From a virus: DNA of 64,000 bases. The stretch is from the IMG/VR virus record IMGVR_UViG_3300019487_000319. One strand, 5' to 3'. Shown in pieces: positions 1-9,738 of this stretch. Numbering within the stretch: position 1 is the first letter of the stretch; the number at the start of each line of letters is the position of its first letter. The translations under genes were made by a program, and so were the position numbers. The notes below the pieces were generated by a model, which did no database searches, was not told the DNA's origin, and saw only the letters and a list, made by a program, of their open reading frames with translations.

Positions 1-165
1 ATTAATAAAGACACTAAAAAATCATTCGGAGAATTATACAGAGATACTATATTAAAACTTGAAAAATTAAAATCAATGGGTTACAATGTAAAATACATTT
101 GGGAAAATGATTGGAAAAAATTTCAGTGTGGAATAGATAAAAAGATTAAAATACAGAATATTTAA
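1..165 (+). CDS. 3' end of an endonuclease-like gene (Vsr/PD-(D/E)XK-type homing-endonuclease tail); the 5' end lies outside the window
   Basis: Frame 1 is open from the window edge to TAA at 163-165 and ends ...LEKLKSMGYNVKYIWENDWKKF. A similar tail (IRLLHIFEYHWIKNK) follows the nuclease core of ORF 46783-48339. Confidence 0.4.
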   Translation: MNKDTKKSFGELYRDTILKLEKLKSMGYNVKYIWENDWKKFQCGIDKKIKIQNI

Positions 166-166
166 A

Positions 167-901
167 ATGAAAATACTGGCATCTACGCTCAATCATAATT
201 TACCGGAGCTAACAGACAACTTGACAGAACAACTTAGACGTTCAAAATTTACTGATTATGAATTGATGATTGTAGATAATGGCTCTAAGGAACCGTTGGC
301 TAAATCCACGACTCATGTTTCTCCTGAGAATACTTTCTTCGGTGGAGGAGTAAATCTTATTCTGGATTACTTTCTTAATGATACCAACCATGAATATCTA
401 TACATTTTCAATAACGATTTGATATTTCATGGACATGGATTCCTAGAACAATCCGTTAGAGAAATGGAGGCTGCTGGTGCAGACGTTTATTCACCATCAG
501 TAATCAATATGTCTCTTGACCAATGTGCATGGAAACAAATGCATTGTTGGGGAACGGGAGGAACAAGAGAAGTGAAGTGGATAGATTTTCAATGTCCAAT
601 ATTAAGTAGAAGATTGTGTCAACACATAAAAAGTTACCCTGACCAACTTGTGTATGGATGGGGTGTGGATTTTTATACCGGAATGGTGTGTCAACAATTG
701 GGATTCAAAACCGTCGTGTCTGATGCCAATTCTATAGGTCATTTAAATTCCCAAACTTTAAAACTTAATAAGGTAAACATCGGATTAAATGATTTTTGTC
801 AACGTGCCGACGCAAATATGTTTGCATTTTTTAACAGTCAACCAGAACTTACCTCACTATTTCATCATTACAGAGAGTGGGCTAAAAATTATACATTATG
901 A
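167..901 (+). CDS. glycosyltransferase, GT2-like (GT-A fold)
   Basis: 244-aa ORF with YELMIVDNGSKEPL and IFNNDLIF (DxD-like), as in family-2 GTs. It is the first gene of a tightly packed plus-strand sugar operon and overlaps the next ORF by 4 nt. Confidence 0.55.
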   Translation: MKILASTLNHNLPELTDNLTEQLRRSKFTDYELMIVDNGSKEPLAKSTTHVSPENTFFGGGVNLILDYFLNDTNHEYLYIFNNDLIFHGHGFLEQSVREMEAAGADVYSPSVINMSLDQCAWKQMHCWGTGGTREVKWIDFQCPILSRRLCQHIKSYPDQLVYGWGVDFYTGMVCQQLGFKTVVSDANSIGHLNSQTLKLNKVNIGLNDFCQRADANMFAFFNSQPELTSLFHHYREWAKNYTL

Positions 902-1530
902 AATTACTTACCGAAATAGCTAGAAATCACAAAACTGATAAAGGAGAAGAAGGACACGTTTATACCGAAGTCTATGATGATTATCTTTTACCAATAAGAT
1001 TAAAGGAGATGAATTTTCTTGAAATAGGTGTATTCGACGGAGAATCTATGAGAATGTGGAAAGAATATTTGCCTAATGCGAATATTATTGGTTTGGATAT
1101 TAATCCTGAATGTAAGAAACATGAAGGAGAGAAAAACAAAGTTTATATAGGTTCTCAAGTAGATGAAATGGTTTTATGGAAGATTTTTAATGAAAACAAA
1201 CCCATTTCAGTTGTAATTGATGATGGAAGTCATCGATGGGATCACGTTATTAGAACTTTTGATATGGTATTTCCTTTATTGGCACCAGGCGGCTTATACT
1301 TTGTTGAAGATTTACATACTTCTTACGCAGGCGACCCTTGGGCCGCAGGTTCAGAGACGGCTATCAATTATCTGAAGGGATTAATTGATGATGTTAATCT
1401 TCGTGGTAAATCTTTTATGGGATTGAAGGAAGTTGCCGGAAAACCATTATCATACAATGAACGTTGTATTGAGTGGGTTCATAATTACAAAAGCCTAATG
1501 GTTATTAAGAAGCGTCAAGAATCACTATGA
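898..1530 (+). CDS. class I SAM-dependent methyltransferase (TylF/CmcI-like, sugar O-methyltransferase type)
   Basis: FLEIGVFDGESMRMW (SAM motif I), IIGLDINPE, VVIDDGSHRWDH and APGGLYFVEDL. It overlaps both neighbouring ORFs. Confidence 0.6.
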   Translation: MKLLTEIARNHKTDKGEEGHVYTEVYDDYLLPIRLKEMNFLEIGVFDGESMRMWKEYLPNANIIGLDINPECKKHEGEKNKVYIGSQVDEMVLWKIFNENKPISVVIDDGSHRWDHVIRTFDMVFPLLAPGGLYFVEDLHTSYAGDPWAAGSETAINYLKGLIDDVNLRGKSFMGLKEVAGKPLSYNERCIEWVHNYKSLMVIKKRQESL

Positions 1531-2351
1531 TAAGTTGTGAATTCCACGGAAGACTAGGAAACAATATGTTTCAAGTCGCTGCGGCCGCGGCTTTAGCAAA
1601 AAAAGTCAATGTGGAATTTTCTGTACCAAAATACATGTTAGCAGGTCATAGAGGATCACTTCCATCCGACCTTAATGGTTTTGATTATCCATATAATTAT
1701 CACAATGATTCTGATGTAGAACATCATGAAAAAATCGGAGAGAAGGATTCCAAATTTACTGATTTGCCTATAAGGGATAACATCAAACTTTGTGGATTTT
1801 TTCAATCCAGCAAGTATTTTGATGATATTCGTGAAGAGTTGATTCAAAAATATTTTAAACCAGCAGATTGGGTATTGAAACTCTCGGAGAAATATAAAGT
1901 AAGTGATAAAAGTCTCGGAGTATGTGTAAGACGAGGCGATTATTTGATGTTACAACACAATCATTGTGTATTATCTCCAGAATTTTACCAAAATACCTGT
2001 TCTGATGTTGTTTCTAATGAGAGTATTGATTCGGTATATGTATTTTCCGATGATTTTGATTGGTGTGCTGATGTATTTAGTGAAATATCGCCCATATTTG
2101 TCAAGGATGATAAGTTTGTTCAAATGTATTTAATGACACAAATGAAACATATCATACTGGCTAACTCGACCTTTTCTTGGTGGGGTGCCTATCTCAACAA
2201 TAAAGGAGGTCGAATTTATTTTCCCGACCCTTGGTATGGCCCGGCCAACGATAATATAGATGTCAGTGGTTTGATTCTTCCTAATTGGAGAGTAACTAAA
2301 CACGAAAGAACAATTCAATCATATCTGCAACACGAAGCATTGAAAGGATAA
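1527..2351 (+). CDS. GT11-type (alpha-1,2-fucosyltransferase-like) glycosyltransferase
   Basis: Three GT11 signature blocks are present: N-terminal HGRLGNNMFQ, central VCVRRGDY, and C-terminal LANSTFSWWGAYL. Confidence 0.7.
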   Translation: MISCEFHGRLGNNMFQVAAAAALAKKVNVEFSVPKYMLAGHRGSLPSDLNGFDYPYNYHNDSDVEHHEKIGEKDSKFTDLPIRDNIKLCGFFQSSKYFDDIREELIQKYFKPADWVLKLSEKYKVSDKSLGVCVRRGDYLMLQHNHCVLSPEFYQNTCSDVVSNESIDSVYVFSDDFDWCADVFSEISPIFVKDDKFVQMYLMTQMKHIILANSTFSWWGAYLNNKGGRIYFPDPWYGPANDNIDVSGLILPNWRVTKHERTIQSYLQHEALKG

Positions 2352-3062
2352 ATGAAATTAGCAATATGTCTATCCGGCCAACCAAGATTGTTTGATGTCG
2401 CCTACGAATCGTTAAAGCGATTTTACTTTCCAAAGTATGAGTGTGATGTATTCATTCACACATGGAAGGATTCGAACTATAATTCTCAGTTCTCAAATAA
2501 AGTCGTCTCGAATTCCGAAGACCTTCATGGAAATTATATCAAACTGTTCAAACCTAAAAAGGTTATGATAGAAGACCAGATTGTATTCGATAAGACCGGT
2601 ATCTCAGACCCTATATGGGGATGTAAGTTAAATTCGGTATTATCTATGTTTTACTCTGTTCAATTGTCCAACAAACTAAAATGTAAATTTGAACGAGAGA
2701 ATGATTTCAAATATGATTACGTAATGAGAATTAGAACGGATTTGTCATTACACCGACCAATTATTCCGGAAGAAATTCTTCCAAAACACATTGGTTTATT
2801 TAATTGGACTCAGGATTCCGAATATAATGAAAGAGGATTTTCGGATGTATTCTCTGTCGGACCATCAGATTTAATGGATGTATATTCTAATGCTTTTGAT
2901 TCCTTACATCACTATCTATATACGGATAATACATGGAATTTTCATGATTCCAGATTAAGAAACGAATATTTGTTACGAAGACATTTAGAAGTGAATCAAA
3001 TCTCCGTTCAACGATTTCATCATTTAGATGCACAAGACCCTAGTTTCGGAATAGTAAGATGA
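2352..3062 (+). CDS. hypothetical protein of the sugar operon (possible transferase)
   Basis: 236-aa ORF that starts 1 nt after the previous stop and overlaps the next ORF. N-terminus is MKLAICLSGQPR. No motif I can assign. Confidence 0.45.
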   Translation: MKLAICLSGQPRLFDVAYESLKRFYFPKYECDVFIHTWKDSNYNSQFSNKVVSNSEDLHGNYIKLFKPKKVMIEDQIVFDKTGISDPIWGCKLNSVLSMFYSVQLSNKLKCKFERENDFKYDYVMRIRTDLSLHRPIIPEEILPKHIGLFNWTQDSEYNERGFSDVFSVGPSDLMDVYSNAFDSLHHYLYTDNTWNFHDSRLRNEYLLRRHLEVNQISVQRFHHLDAQDPSFGIVR

Positions 3063-3979
3063 AAACAGACATTATAATTCACGTTTTGCCGTTTGAGATT
3101 GATAGATTTGAATATCAAATACTAGAACTAAAAAAGTGCAGTTCCTTATTGAATACTGACGACCAAATAATTATTGATGCAACATTGAATATCAATGATA
3201 TGTTAATCGATTGGAAAAATTCATCCATTCCTAAAGATTTCTTTATTGACCGATTTCTTCATCTCAAAAATCTATGTGATTACGCCGAATGTGTATTTGA
3301 TGTGGATGATAAGGAAAAATGTCTAGGTATAAACGCCAAGAGAAGAAACAGTATTAGGGAACGAGCAGACAAGTGTGACTCGTTTTTGTATCTGGATAAC
3401 GATATGGTCTATCCACATCATGCTTTAAGATATGCATTAGATGCAGCAAAATTGGTAAATACAGAATATTACCTTATCTCTCCACAATCCACCCAACTAT
3501 GGGATGATTCGTGGAAGGTATTGGTCAATGATTCATATTCGAATGTAGGATGTGATAAAATCACAGAACAGAATCCATTTGAAGTCTGTTCAAGAGTATA
3601 TGGAGATATTGAAGTTGTTCCTGTAGATGGATTCAAATTCGGTGGTGGATGGTTTAATTTATTTTCATCCAAACTATTATCTTATACCGATATTCCTGAT
3701 GAATTGGGAGGATATGGATTAGATGATATGTATGTTATGCAGGCGTGCCAAATTATGAAAAGCTTCGGTATGCCCGTTCAACAGTATATATTAAAAAATC
3801 TTGTGGTAACGCAAAATTACCGTTATGGTTATCACATGCAGGATGTGTATAAGAAGTTTATACCATTCATAAATAAGAAAGAAATGTTCATAACCAATGC
3901 AAAGAACCATTATCAAATGGTGATTCAAAGATTTTGGGAGAAATGTAAACATGATATCATTCATAATCCCTACTCGTAA
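3059..3979 (+). CDS. hypothetical protein of the sugar operon
   Basis: 306-aa ORF, translationally coupled on both sides. Has an LYLDNDM (DxD-like) segment but no confident family assignment. Confidence 0.45.
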   Translation: MKTDIIIHVLPFEIDRFEYQILELKKCSSLLNTDDQIIIDATLNINDMLIDWKNSSIPKDFFIDRFLHLKNLCDYAECVFDVDDKEKCLGINAKRRNSIRERADKCDSFLYLDNDMVYPHHALRYALDAAKLVNTEYYLISPQSTQLWDDSWKVLVNDSYSNVGCDKITEQNPFEVCSRVYGDIEVVPVDGFKFGGGWFNLFSSKLLSYTDIPDELGGYGLDDMYVMQACQIMKSFGMPVQQYILKNLVVTQNYRYGYHMQDVYKKFIPFINKKEMFITNAKNHYQMVIQRFWEKCKHDIIHNPYS

Positions 3980-5195
3980 TAATTTGCCTTACGTAAAGAC
4001 GGCAATTTCTAGCATTCGAAAATTTTATTTGGGTGCAGAAATCGTATTATTAGATGACAACTCTACCGATGGAACTGATAAATGGGTTAGCGAAACTTAC
4101 GACCCACATCTTACATATTATAAAAACGAAGGCAGACAAGTGGGACACACCGTTCTCTATGATATCGGTATTAAAATGTGTAAACATGAAATCTTCTCAA
4201 TATTTCATGCCGATATGATTTGTGGGCCTAATTATGTTGAAAATCTTCTTAAACATTTGAAGCCAGAAGGTGTAATTTCAGCAACAAGAATAGAACCACC
4301 GTTACATCCTCCCGGAAAAGAAAAAATTGTGATGGATTTCGGCATGTATCCCGGGGATTTTAAACAATCCGAGTTTATTACATTTTGTCGTGATTCCCAA
4401 GAGAATTCGTCTAATAAGGATGTAACGACAAGGGGTATATTCGCACCGTGGGCAATGTATAAAGAAGATTTCCTAAAAATCGGCGGGCATGATTCTTTGT
4501 TTTCTCCATTCCCATACGAAGATTCCGATATATTTCAACGTTTTATTTTAGCCGGATACAATATCAAACAAAGTCGTGATTCTTTTGTTTATCATTTTAC
4601 ATGTCGTGGACACAGATGGACAGAACAAGTTCAAAAAGATGATAACTTCTATAAGTTATGTTGTGCAAAAAACATGAATCACTTTATACGAAAGTGGGGA
4701 AGCTGGATAGAAAACGACGAGTTATGTTATCCAGTTATCAAACCATTCTACAACATCGGATTTGTGGTTACAAATTGCAATCTCCAATTACTCGGTGCAT
4801 TGGAACCTTGGTGTTCTACCATCTCATGTGATTGTCCAGAATGGGAATCTTACATCAAACAAGTTCAATCAGGAACTCCATTCGACTTAAAAAAGAGGGT
4901 GTTTTATAGGTCGGCTGAAATCAAGAATGACATAATTGTTCATTTTGATGCTTCGCAGTTGACACAAGAAAGATTCACATTCCTTACTCAATTACCAAAA
5001 ATACTTTTGGATAGTGGAGATTTGGGAGAAATGAAATTCGACATATTTACGTTCTTCATAAAGAGAATGCCAAGGTTGGAGTCATTGTTGATTCACAATA
5101 ACAATGAACTCTATCGTTCACGATTAATTGAAATTCCGGTGACCGACGAATATTACACCAACGAATTATTTAGAGTCTTTCAAAATACCAAGTAA
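3951..5195 (+). CDS. glycosyltransferase family 2 with an extra C-terminal domain
   Basis: MISFIIPTRNNLPYVKTAISSI...VLLDDNSTDGT...FHADMI is a classical GT2 N-terminus. About 180 further residues are of unknown function. Confidence 0.7.
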   Translation: MISFIIPTRNNLPYVKTAISSIRKFYLGAEIVLLDDNSTDGTDKWVSETYDPHLTYYKNEGRQVGHTVLYDIGIKMCKHEIFSIFHADMICGPNYVENLLKHLKPEGVISATRIEPPLHPPGKEKIVMDFGMYPGDFKQSEFITFCRDSQENSSNKDVTTRGIFAPWAMYKEDFLKIGGHDSLFSPFPYEDSDIFQRFILAGYNIKQSRDSFVYHFTCRGHRWTEQVQKDDNFYKLCCAKNMNHFIRKWGSWIENDELCYPVIKPFYNIGFVVTNCNLQLLGALEPWCSTISCDCPEWESYIKQVQSGTPFDLKKRVFYRSAEIKNDIIVHFDASQLTQERFTFLTQLPKILLDSGDLGEMKFDIFTFFIKRMPRLESLLIHNNNELYRSRLIEIPVTDEYYTNELFRVFQNTK

Positions 5196-6135
5196 CGGTG
5201 TCTTTTAAAGCTTTGTCGAATGGTGTGTGTTCAATCTTACCAAACGTGTGTTCAAAATCTGTGGTGTCGATTGCATATCTAAAATCGTGACCTTTTCTAT
5301 CTTCTACGAATTGTATTGATTTTTCTGGGTCTTTATTACACAATACACAGAGTTTTTTGACCAGGTCAAGATTTCGGATTTCATTATTTCCACCAATCAA
5401 ATACTGGCCTCCTGGCTGTCCACGTTTTACAACTTCCCAAACACACTTACAATGGTCATCGACGTAAATCCAATCTCGAATGTTTGTTCCTATTCCATAA
5501 ACAGGAACCGGTTCGTCGTTCTTCAGCTTCTTAATTGCTAGAGGAATAAGTTTTTCTGGATATTGTCTTGGACCAAAGTTATTTGAACAGTTGGTTATCA
5601 TGACAGGAAAATTGTGTGTTCTATAGAATGATTTACACAATAAATCCGATGACGCCTTCGAAGCGGCATACGGTGAATTTGGATGGTATGGAGAACGTTT
5701 TGTAAATGGCAAATCACCATCACCTAAATCACCAAACACTTCATCGGTGGAAATGTGAATGAATCTTACATCTGTTCTTCCTTTCCATAATTCCAAGAAA
5801 GTATTCAATAGAGTGAAGGTTCCGTTGATATTGGTTGTAATGAACGATTGGCCGGATTCTATCGACCTATCCACATGTGATTCAGCAGCAAAATGAACAA
5901 TTGTGTCGATGTTATATCGTTCGTATATTGTCTTCAGAAGAGATACGTCATTTATGTCTCCTTTGTAAAACTCATATCTATTACGAAGAACAAAATAGTC
6001 AGGTAAATTTTTGTGGCTTGCTGCGTAGGTGCATAAGTCAAGATTCACCACTAATTCCACTTCATCCTTTTTGGCCAAGAGATGAATAAAATTGCTACCG
6101 ATAAAACCAAGTCCCCCCGTGCAAAGTATTCTCAT
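5170..6135 (-). CDS. rmlB: dTDP-glucose 4,6-dehydratase
   Basis: MRILCTGGLGFIGSNF (Rossmann GxxGxxG), ISTDEVFG, YAASKASSD (YxxxK) and a DDHC block. Typical size of 321 aa. Confidence 0.9.
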   Translation of the reverse strand: MRILCTGGLGFIGSNFIHLLAKKDEVELVVNLDLCTYAASHKNLPDYFVLRNRYEFYKGDINDVSLLKTIYERYNIDTIVHFAAESHVDRSIESGQSFITTNINGTFTLLNTFLELWKGRTDVRFIHISTDEVFGDLGDGDLPFTKRSPYHPNSPYAASKASSDLLCKSFYRTHNFPVMITNCSNNFGPRQYPEKLIPLAIKKLKNDEPVPVYGIGTNIRDWIYVDDHCKCVWEVVKRGQPGGQYLIGGNNEIRNLDLVKKLCVLCNKDPEKSIQFVEDRKGHDFRYAIDTTDFEHTFGKIEHTPFDKALKDTVTWYFERL

Positions 6136-6335
6136 ATATTTTTAAATTCTTTTCTAAGTTGTTTAATAGATTTATTGAATTTTGCGTTGCACTTTTGTGA
6201 ACAAAATTTAGTTTTTATTATATTTTCTGTTCCTTCTTTTTTGAATAATTTTTCACAAAAATCACATCGAATCGAAAAAATAAACACATCAGTATTTATT
6301 TGACTCTTTCTTAGGAATATCTTATTCAGTATCAT
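6132..6335 (-). CDS. small CxxC...CxxC zinc-ribbon-like protein
   Basis: 67-aa ORF with CDFCEK...CSQKC. Its stop overlaps the rmlB start by 4 nt. Confidence 0.4.
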   Translation of the reverse strand: MILNKIFLRKSQINTDVFIFSIRCDFCEKLFKKEGTENIIKTKFCSQKCNAKFNKSIKQLRKEFKNI

Positions 6336-6415
6336 CCATCATACATATCATTTTAAATTCCGACCCACCAATAATAAAAATACGCTTGTATCATACAATT
6401 TCTATTTATTGCAAT

Positions 6416-6763
6416 ATGACACTGTTATTAATTTTATCCTGTTTTATCGCAATATTTTTACTTGCTTGGTTCAAATCCGATTTCATTATTGAATACGGAA
6501 AGTTACTGGGATTATCCAAGTTATTAAAACTTCGTGAATATAAAATGAAAAAATTGGAACATGCTAATCCCGTTCCAACATATACTCAATTCTTGAGAAT
6601 GACTTATGATAACTTCTTCGTTAAATTGATTACTTGTCCTATTTGCTTAGCCATTTGGTTATCAATCATCGTAGGAATATTCTATCATCTATCTACTTTT
6701 ATTCCTGTCATTTGTATAATGTCTTTGATATTTTACGGAATTTGTAGAAAACTATTAACTTAA
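6416..6763 (+). CDS. small integral membrane protein (DUF1360-like CPxC..W motif)
   Basis: The ORF track starts at a TTG (6386). The first ATG gives MTLLLILSCFIAIFLL. There are three hydrophobic segments and LITCPICLAIWLS. Confidence 0.45.
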   Translation: MTLLLILSCFIAIFLLAWFKSDFIIEYGKLLGLSKLLKLREYKMKKLEHANPVPTYTQFLRMTYDNFFVKLITCPICLAIWLSIIVGIFYHLSTFIPVICIMSLIFYGICRKLLT

Positions 6764-6764
6764 T

Positions 6765-7055
6765 ATGGATGTCCGTGGCGTTGGTGCGTTCTTTTATTTT
6801 TTAACCAGCAATGGATTAAATGGAGTGAGTCCAGATACGAACGCATTTATAGTATGTGTTGAAGAATATAGCCGTCTTTGTGCATGTGACAGTCCTGAAT
6901 TTAGAGAGTCTAAACAAAATAATTGTAGAGCACTCTACGAAACATGTATATCTCGGTCGGATGGATTAAAATCTATATTCTTATCCAAGACACAAGGAAA
7001 CAGGATTACTTTTTATTCCGACCACGGAAAAATACTAAAAACTTTTTCTCGTTAA
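6765..7055 (+). CDS. hypothetical protein (weak call)
   Basis: 96-aa ORF starting 2 nt after the previous stop. Cys-rich with no recognisable motif. It fills the convergent gap. Confidence 0.25.
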   Translation: MDVRGVGAFFYFLTSNGLNGVSPDTNAFIVCVEEYSRLCACDSPEFRESKQNNCRALYETCISRSDGLKSIFLSKTQGNRITFYSDHGKILKTFSR

Positions 7056-7321
7056 TTTCCGTCTTCTGGTTTAACATCAAATATATCCGATGGAAGTTCG
7101 GAACCATCAGGTAGATGCAATTTTCCATTTTTCAATTGTTCCTTGCCAGCTTCAAGTGTTCCTAAAACTACAGCCGCACCTGGGTCATGAGTCATATAAG
7201 ATAAGAAAGTAAGAAGGTCATAATCTACCTTTTCTCCATTATGAAACATAACTAATACTTCACAATCATCCATATCTTCGGGATAACGTGTTAATGCTTT
7301 TTTAAGATAACCTAATTTCAT
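7052..7321 (-). CDS. hypothetical protein
   Basis: 89-aa ORF that starts 2 nt after the upstream minus-strand gene ends. Confidence 0.5.
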   Translation of the reverse strand: MKLGYLKKALTRYPEDMDDCEVLVMFHNGEKVDYDLLTFLSYMTHDPGAAVVLGTLEAGKEQLKNGKLHLPDGSELPSDIFDVKPEDGN

Positions 7322-7322
7322 A

Positions 7323-7589
7323 TTATTCGTATTTCTTTGTTTCGCCTTGTTTGAAATTTTTGAACATGACTTTCCCTTCTGCGGCTAAAATCAACATTTC
7401 ATCCAGTTCTTGAATTAAATCATTCCTTTGTATATTCAAGATATTAGTTTTCCTCGTTGCATCAGCCACATCTTTGTCTGTCTTTGACTTATCTCTCTTC
7501 AATTCTTCGAGATGCCAAATTTTTAGGTTTACTATTCCGAGTTGGTCTATTAAATTCCCGAATGATACATTCATAGTTTTTCTTTCCAT
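7323..7589 (-). CDS. DUF4254-like protein
   Basis: LIDQLGIVNLKIWHLEEL ... NILNIQRNDLIQELDEML ... FKQGETKKY resembles, from memory, the C-terminal half of DUF4254. That family often sits next to glycosyltransferases. Confidence 0.45.
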   Translation of the reverse strand: MERKTMNVSFGNLIDQLGIVNLKIWHLEELKRDKSKTDKDVADATRKTNILNIQRNDLIQELDEMLILAAEGKVMFKNFKQGETKKYE

Positions 7590-7655
7590 ATACCGAAATA
7601 ATTTGTCTCGGAATATAATTTGTTATCTACTCTAAAAATCCCATATATTAATTTT

Positions 7656-8885
7656 TTAATCATTTCCAATGACTTTAAATTGTGGGCATGGAACAATAAA
7701 TTTACCACCAGCTTTTATGTAATCTGATTCTCTTTTTATAAATTCCGACAAAAAATGCCACGGGAGTATAAGTAAATAATCAGGTTTAGCTTTTCTCATT
7801 TCATCTTCCGAAAAAATTGGTATATTGGTTCCAACCGTCTTCAACCCCCACTTATACGGGCTTCTTTCGGCCATACCATCAATCAGTGTATGATCCAAAC
7901 CAAAATATTGTAACAACGTGTTTCCCTTGGTAGATGCACCATATCCCCACACCGTCTTTCCGTTAACTTTTTCAGTTTTAACAAAATCAACAACTTGTTT
8001 CTTTAGATTTTCTATTTTGTAATAGAAACTTTCCCAAACAACTAATTGTTTATCACCGACATGTCCATTGATCTTTTCATGAAACAACAGAGACTCCATT
8101 CTGAAAAGACAAACGTCTCTGTATGGTTGAGTTGAAAAGTTTTCTGTTTTAAACGTATCCTTTACAACGTATATTCTGAACGACCCACCATTTACATCGT
8201 TCAATTGACAATCTATAACTCTAAATCCATTTGACTCAAGAAGGTTTTTCATATTAGTCAATGTATAGTAGTAAATGTGTTCGTGACAAATGTTATCAAC
8301 TGCCACTTGATGAATCATAAGTGGTGTGTAACTCAATTGCAAAACAAACAGACCATCATCATCCATAACGTTATATACATCTTGTAAAAATGGATTTGGA
8401 TTATCCAAATCATAAAACATTGCTATACACGTCACTACTTTTGCTTTAAGATGGCCGAATTTTTGACTTCTATATGCTTTTTCACTAAAGTAATCTTGAA
8501 CAATAACATTTGCGTGGGTTTCGGATTCTTTCTTAAATGTATCATCGGCGGGGTCTATTCCGATTCGGATTATATTATCATCCAAAAAGCTTAAAAGAGT
8601 CCCATCGTTACAAGCAATATCCAACCATACATCATTTTCTTTTAGATTAACTAAACCACAAATCGAATGAACTATAGACTTTAGTTCATTTTTCATGGTG
8701 GCATTAATTCCGGAACGATACCAGTATCTTCCATACATAGTATCCAATGGTGCAGGCTTTTCTAGTCTGACCGCCCCTAAATTATTATCATAAACAAGTT
8801 TTATTTCTTGTTTAGGATGTGCTGTTTGACCTTCTTTAATAAAGTCAGACACATGTAATTCTCCGAGTGTAAATAATTCTTTCAT
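7656..8885 (-). CDS. NDP-hexose C-methyltransferase (TylC3-like)
   Basis: SAM-binding WLDIACNDGTLLSF plus the C-terminal C-methyltransferase block VWGYGASTKGNTLLQYFGL...PDYLLILPWHF...GGKFIVPCPQ. Confidence 0.75.
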   Translation of the reverse strand: MKELFTLGELHVSDFIKEGQTAHPKQEIKLVYDNNLGAVRLEKPAPLDTMYGRYWYRSGINATMKNELKSIVHSICGLVNLKENDVWLDIACNDGTLLSFLDDNIIRIGIDPADDTFKKESETHANVIVQDYFSEKAYRSQKFGHLKAKVVTCIAMFYDLDNPNPFLQDVYNVMDDDGLFVLQLSYTPLMIHQVAVDNICHEHIYYYTLTNMKNLLESNGFRVIDCQLNDVNGGSFRIYVVKDTFKTENFSTQPYRDVCLFRMESLLFHEKINGHVGDKQLVVWESFYYKIENLKKQVVDFVKTEKVNGKTVWGYGASTKGNTLLQYFGLDHTLIDGMAERSPYKWGLKTVGTNIPIFSEDEMRKAKPDYLLILPWHFLSEFIKRESDYIKAGGKFIVPCPQFKVIGND

Positions 8886-8886
8886 A

Positions 8887-9738
8887 TTACCAAATCCAAT
8901 TCTTTAAACATTCTTCCAACGATTCATGAACTTCTTTCATTTCTAATCCAACACTTTTTAATTTATCGGTATTCAACACCGTATTTGACCTTGGTGCCCT
9001 CACCATCGAATTAAATTGTTCCAAACTTTCGAAATATTGAAATTCCTTTTCTACTTTTAGCGTTTTCTTTATCATTTCTACAACTTCAGTTGTTGTGATT
9101 TCGCCTTTATTGGTTACATTATATATTCCAAACGGAACCTTGTTTTGTAGGGAATCCAAACACACCTTTACGTATTCTTTTTTATTTGATAAGGAATTCT
9201 TAACATTTAAAAGTGTGTTGTATCTTAACAATTTAGAAATGTAGTTTCTTTCATTGTTTCTTTCTTCAAATGGAATTCTCAATCTCCAAATGTATTTATC
9301 AGGCAACTCACTCAACATTTCTTCTCCTAATGCTTTCGTTCCACTGTAAAAACTACATGGTTGATTTTTAAAGGAAAAATTCGGTTCATCTTCCTCGGTA
9401 AATCCTCCATCTTTATATCCATTGTATATACAGCCCGATGAAACATGTCCCAACACTATGTTTTTTCTTGCACATAAAGTGGCTAATATTCTAGGAAATA
9501 CTACATTACCTGATAATGTTTCTGATTTAGCATCCTCACACACATCTACATTTGGTTTTCCGGTGTATCCAGCACAATTGATAATAGTGTCTATTTTAAA
9601 TGTAGATATAAATCTATCAATCTCATCGATATTTGCATCTATTGCAGACATTGGATATGACCCTATTCCACGACCTGCTAATTGTCGTTGAAATTCATGT
9701 CCTATATATCCACTAGACCCAAATAATAAAACTTTCAT
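8887..9738 (-). CDS. NAD(P)-dependent sugar-nucleotide reductase (RmlD-like dTDP-4-dehydro-6-deoxyhexose reductase)
   Basis: MKVLLFGSSGYIGHEF (Rossmann), SSGCIY and FYSGTKALGE (YxxxK). It is 283 aa and sits between the C-methyltransferase and rmlA. Confidence 0.7.
   Translation of the reverse strand: MKVLLFGSSGYIGHEFQRQLAGRGIGSYPMSAIDANIDEIDRFISTFKIDTIINCAGYTGKPNVDVCEDAKSETLSGNVVFPRILATLCARKNIVLGHVSSGCIYNGYKDGGFTEEDEPNFSFKNQPCSFYSGTKALGEEMLSELPDKYIWRLRIPFEERNNERNYISKLLRYNTLLNVKNSLSNKKEYVKVCLDSLQNKVPFGIYNVTNKGEITTTEVVEMIKKTLKVEKEFQYFESLEQFNSMVRAPRSNTVLNTDKLKSVGLEMKEVHESLEECLKNWIW

Noticed and set aside
1656-2318. Minus-strand ORFs 1656-1847 and 2130-2318 inside the GT11 gene. Similar antisense ORFs elsewhere include 3469-3672, 5877-6303, 9422-9691, 10853-11270, 13202-14207, 15722-17575, 17963-18697, 19536-20597, 23222-24897, 26917-27426 and 28772-30453.
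   Set aside because: These are short, low-complexity or hydrophobic translations lying entirely antisense to long ORFs with clear family motifs. They are typical shadow ORFs of AT-rich DNA.
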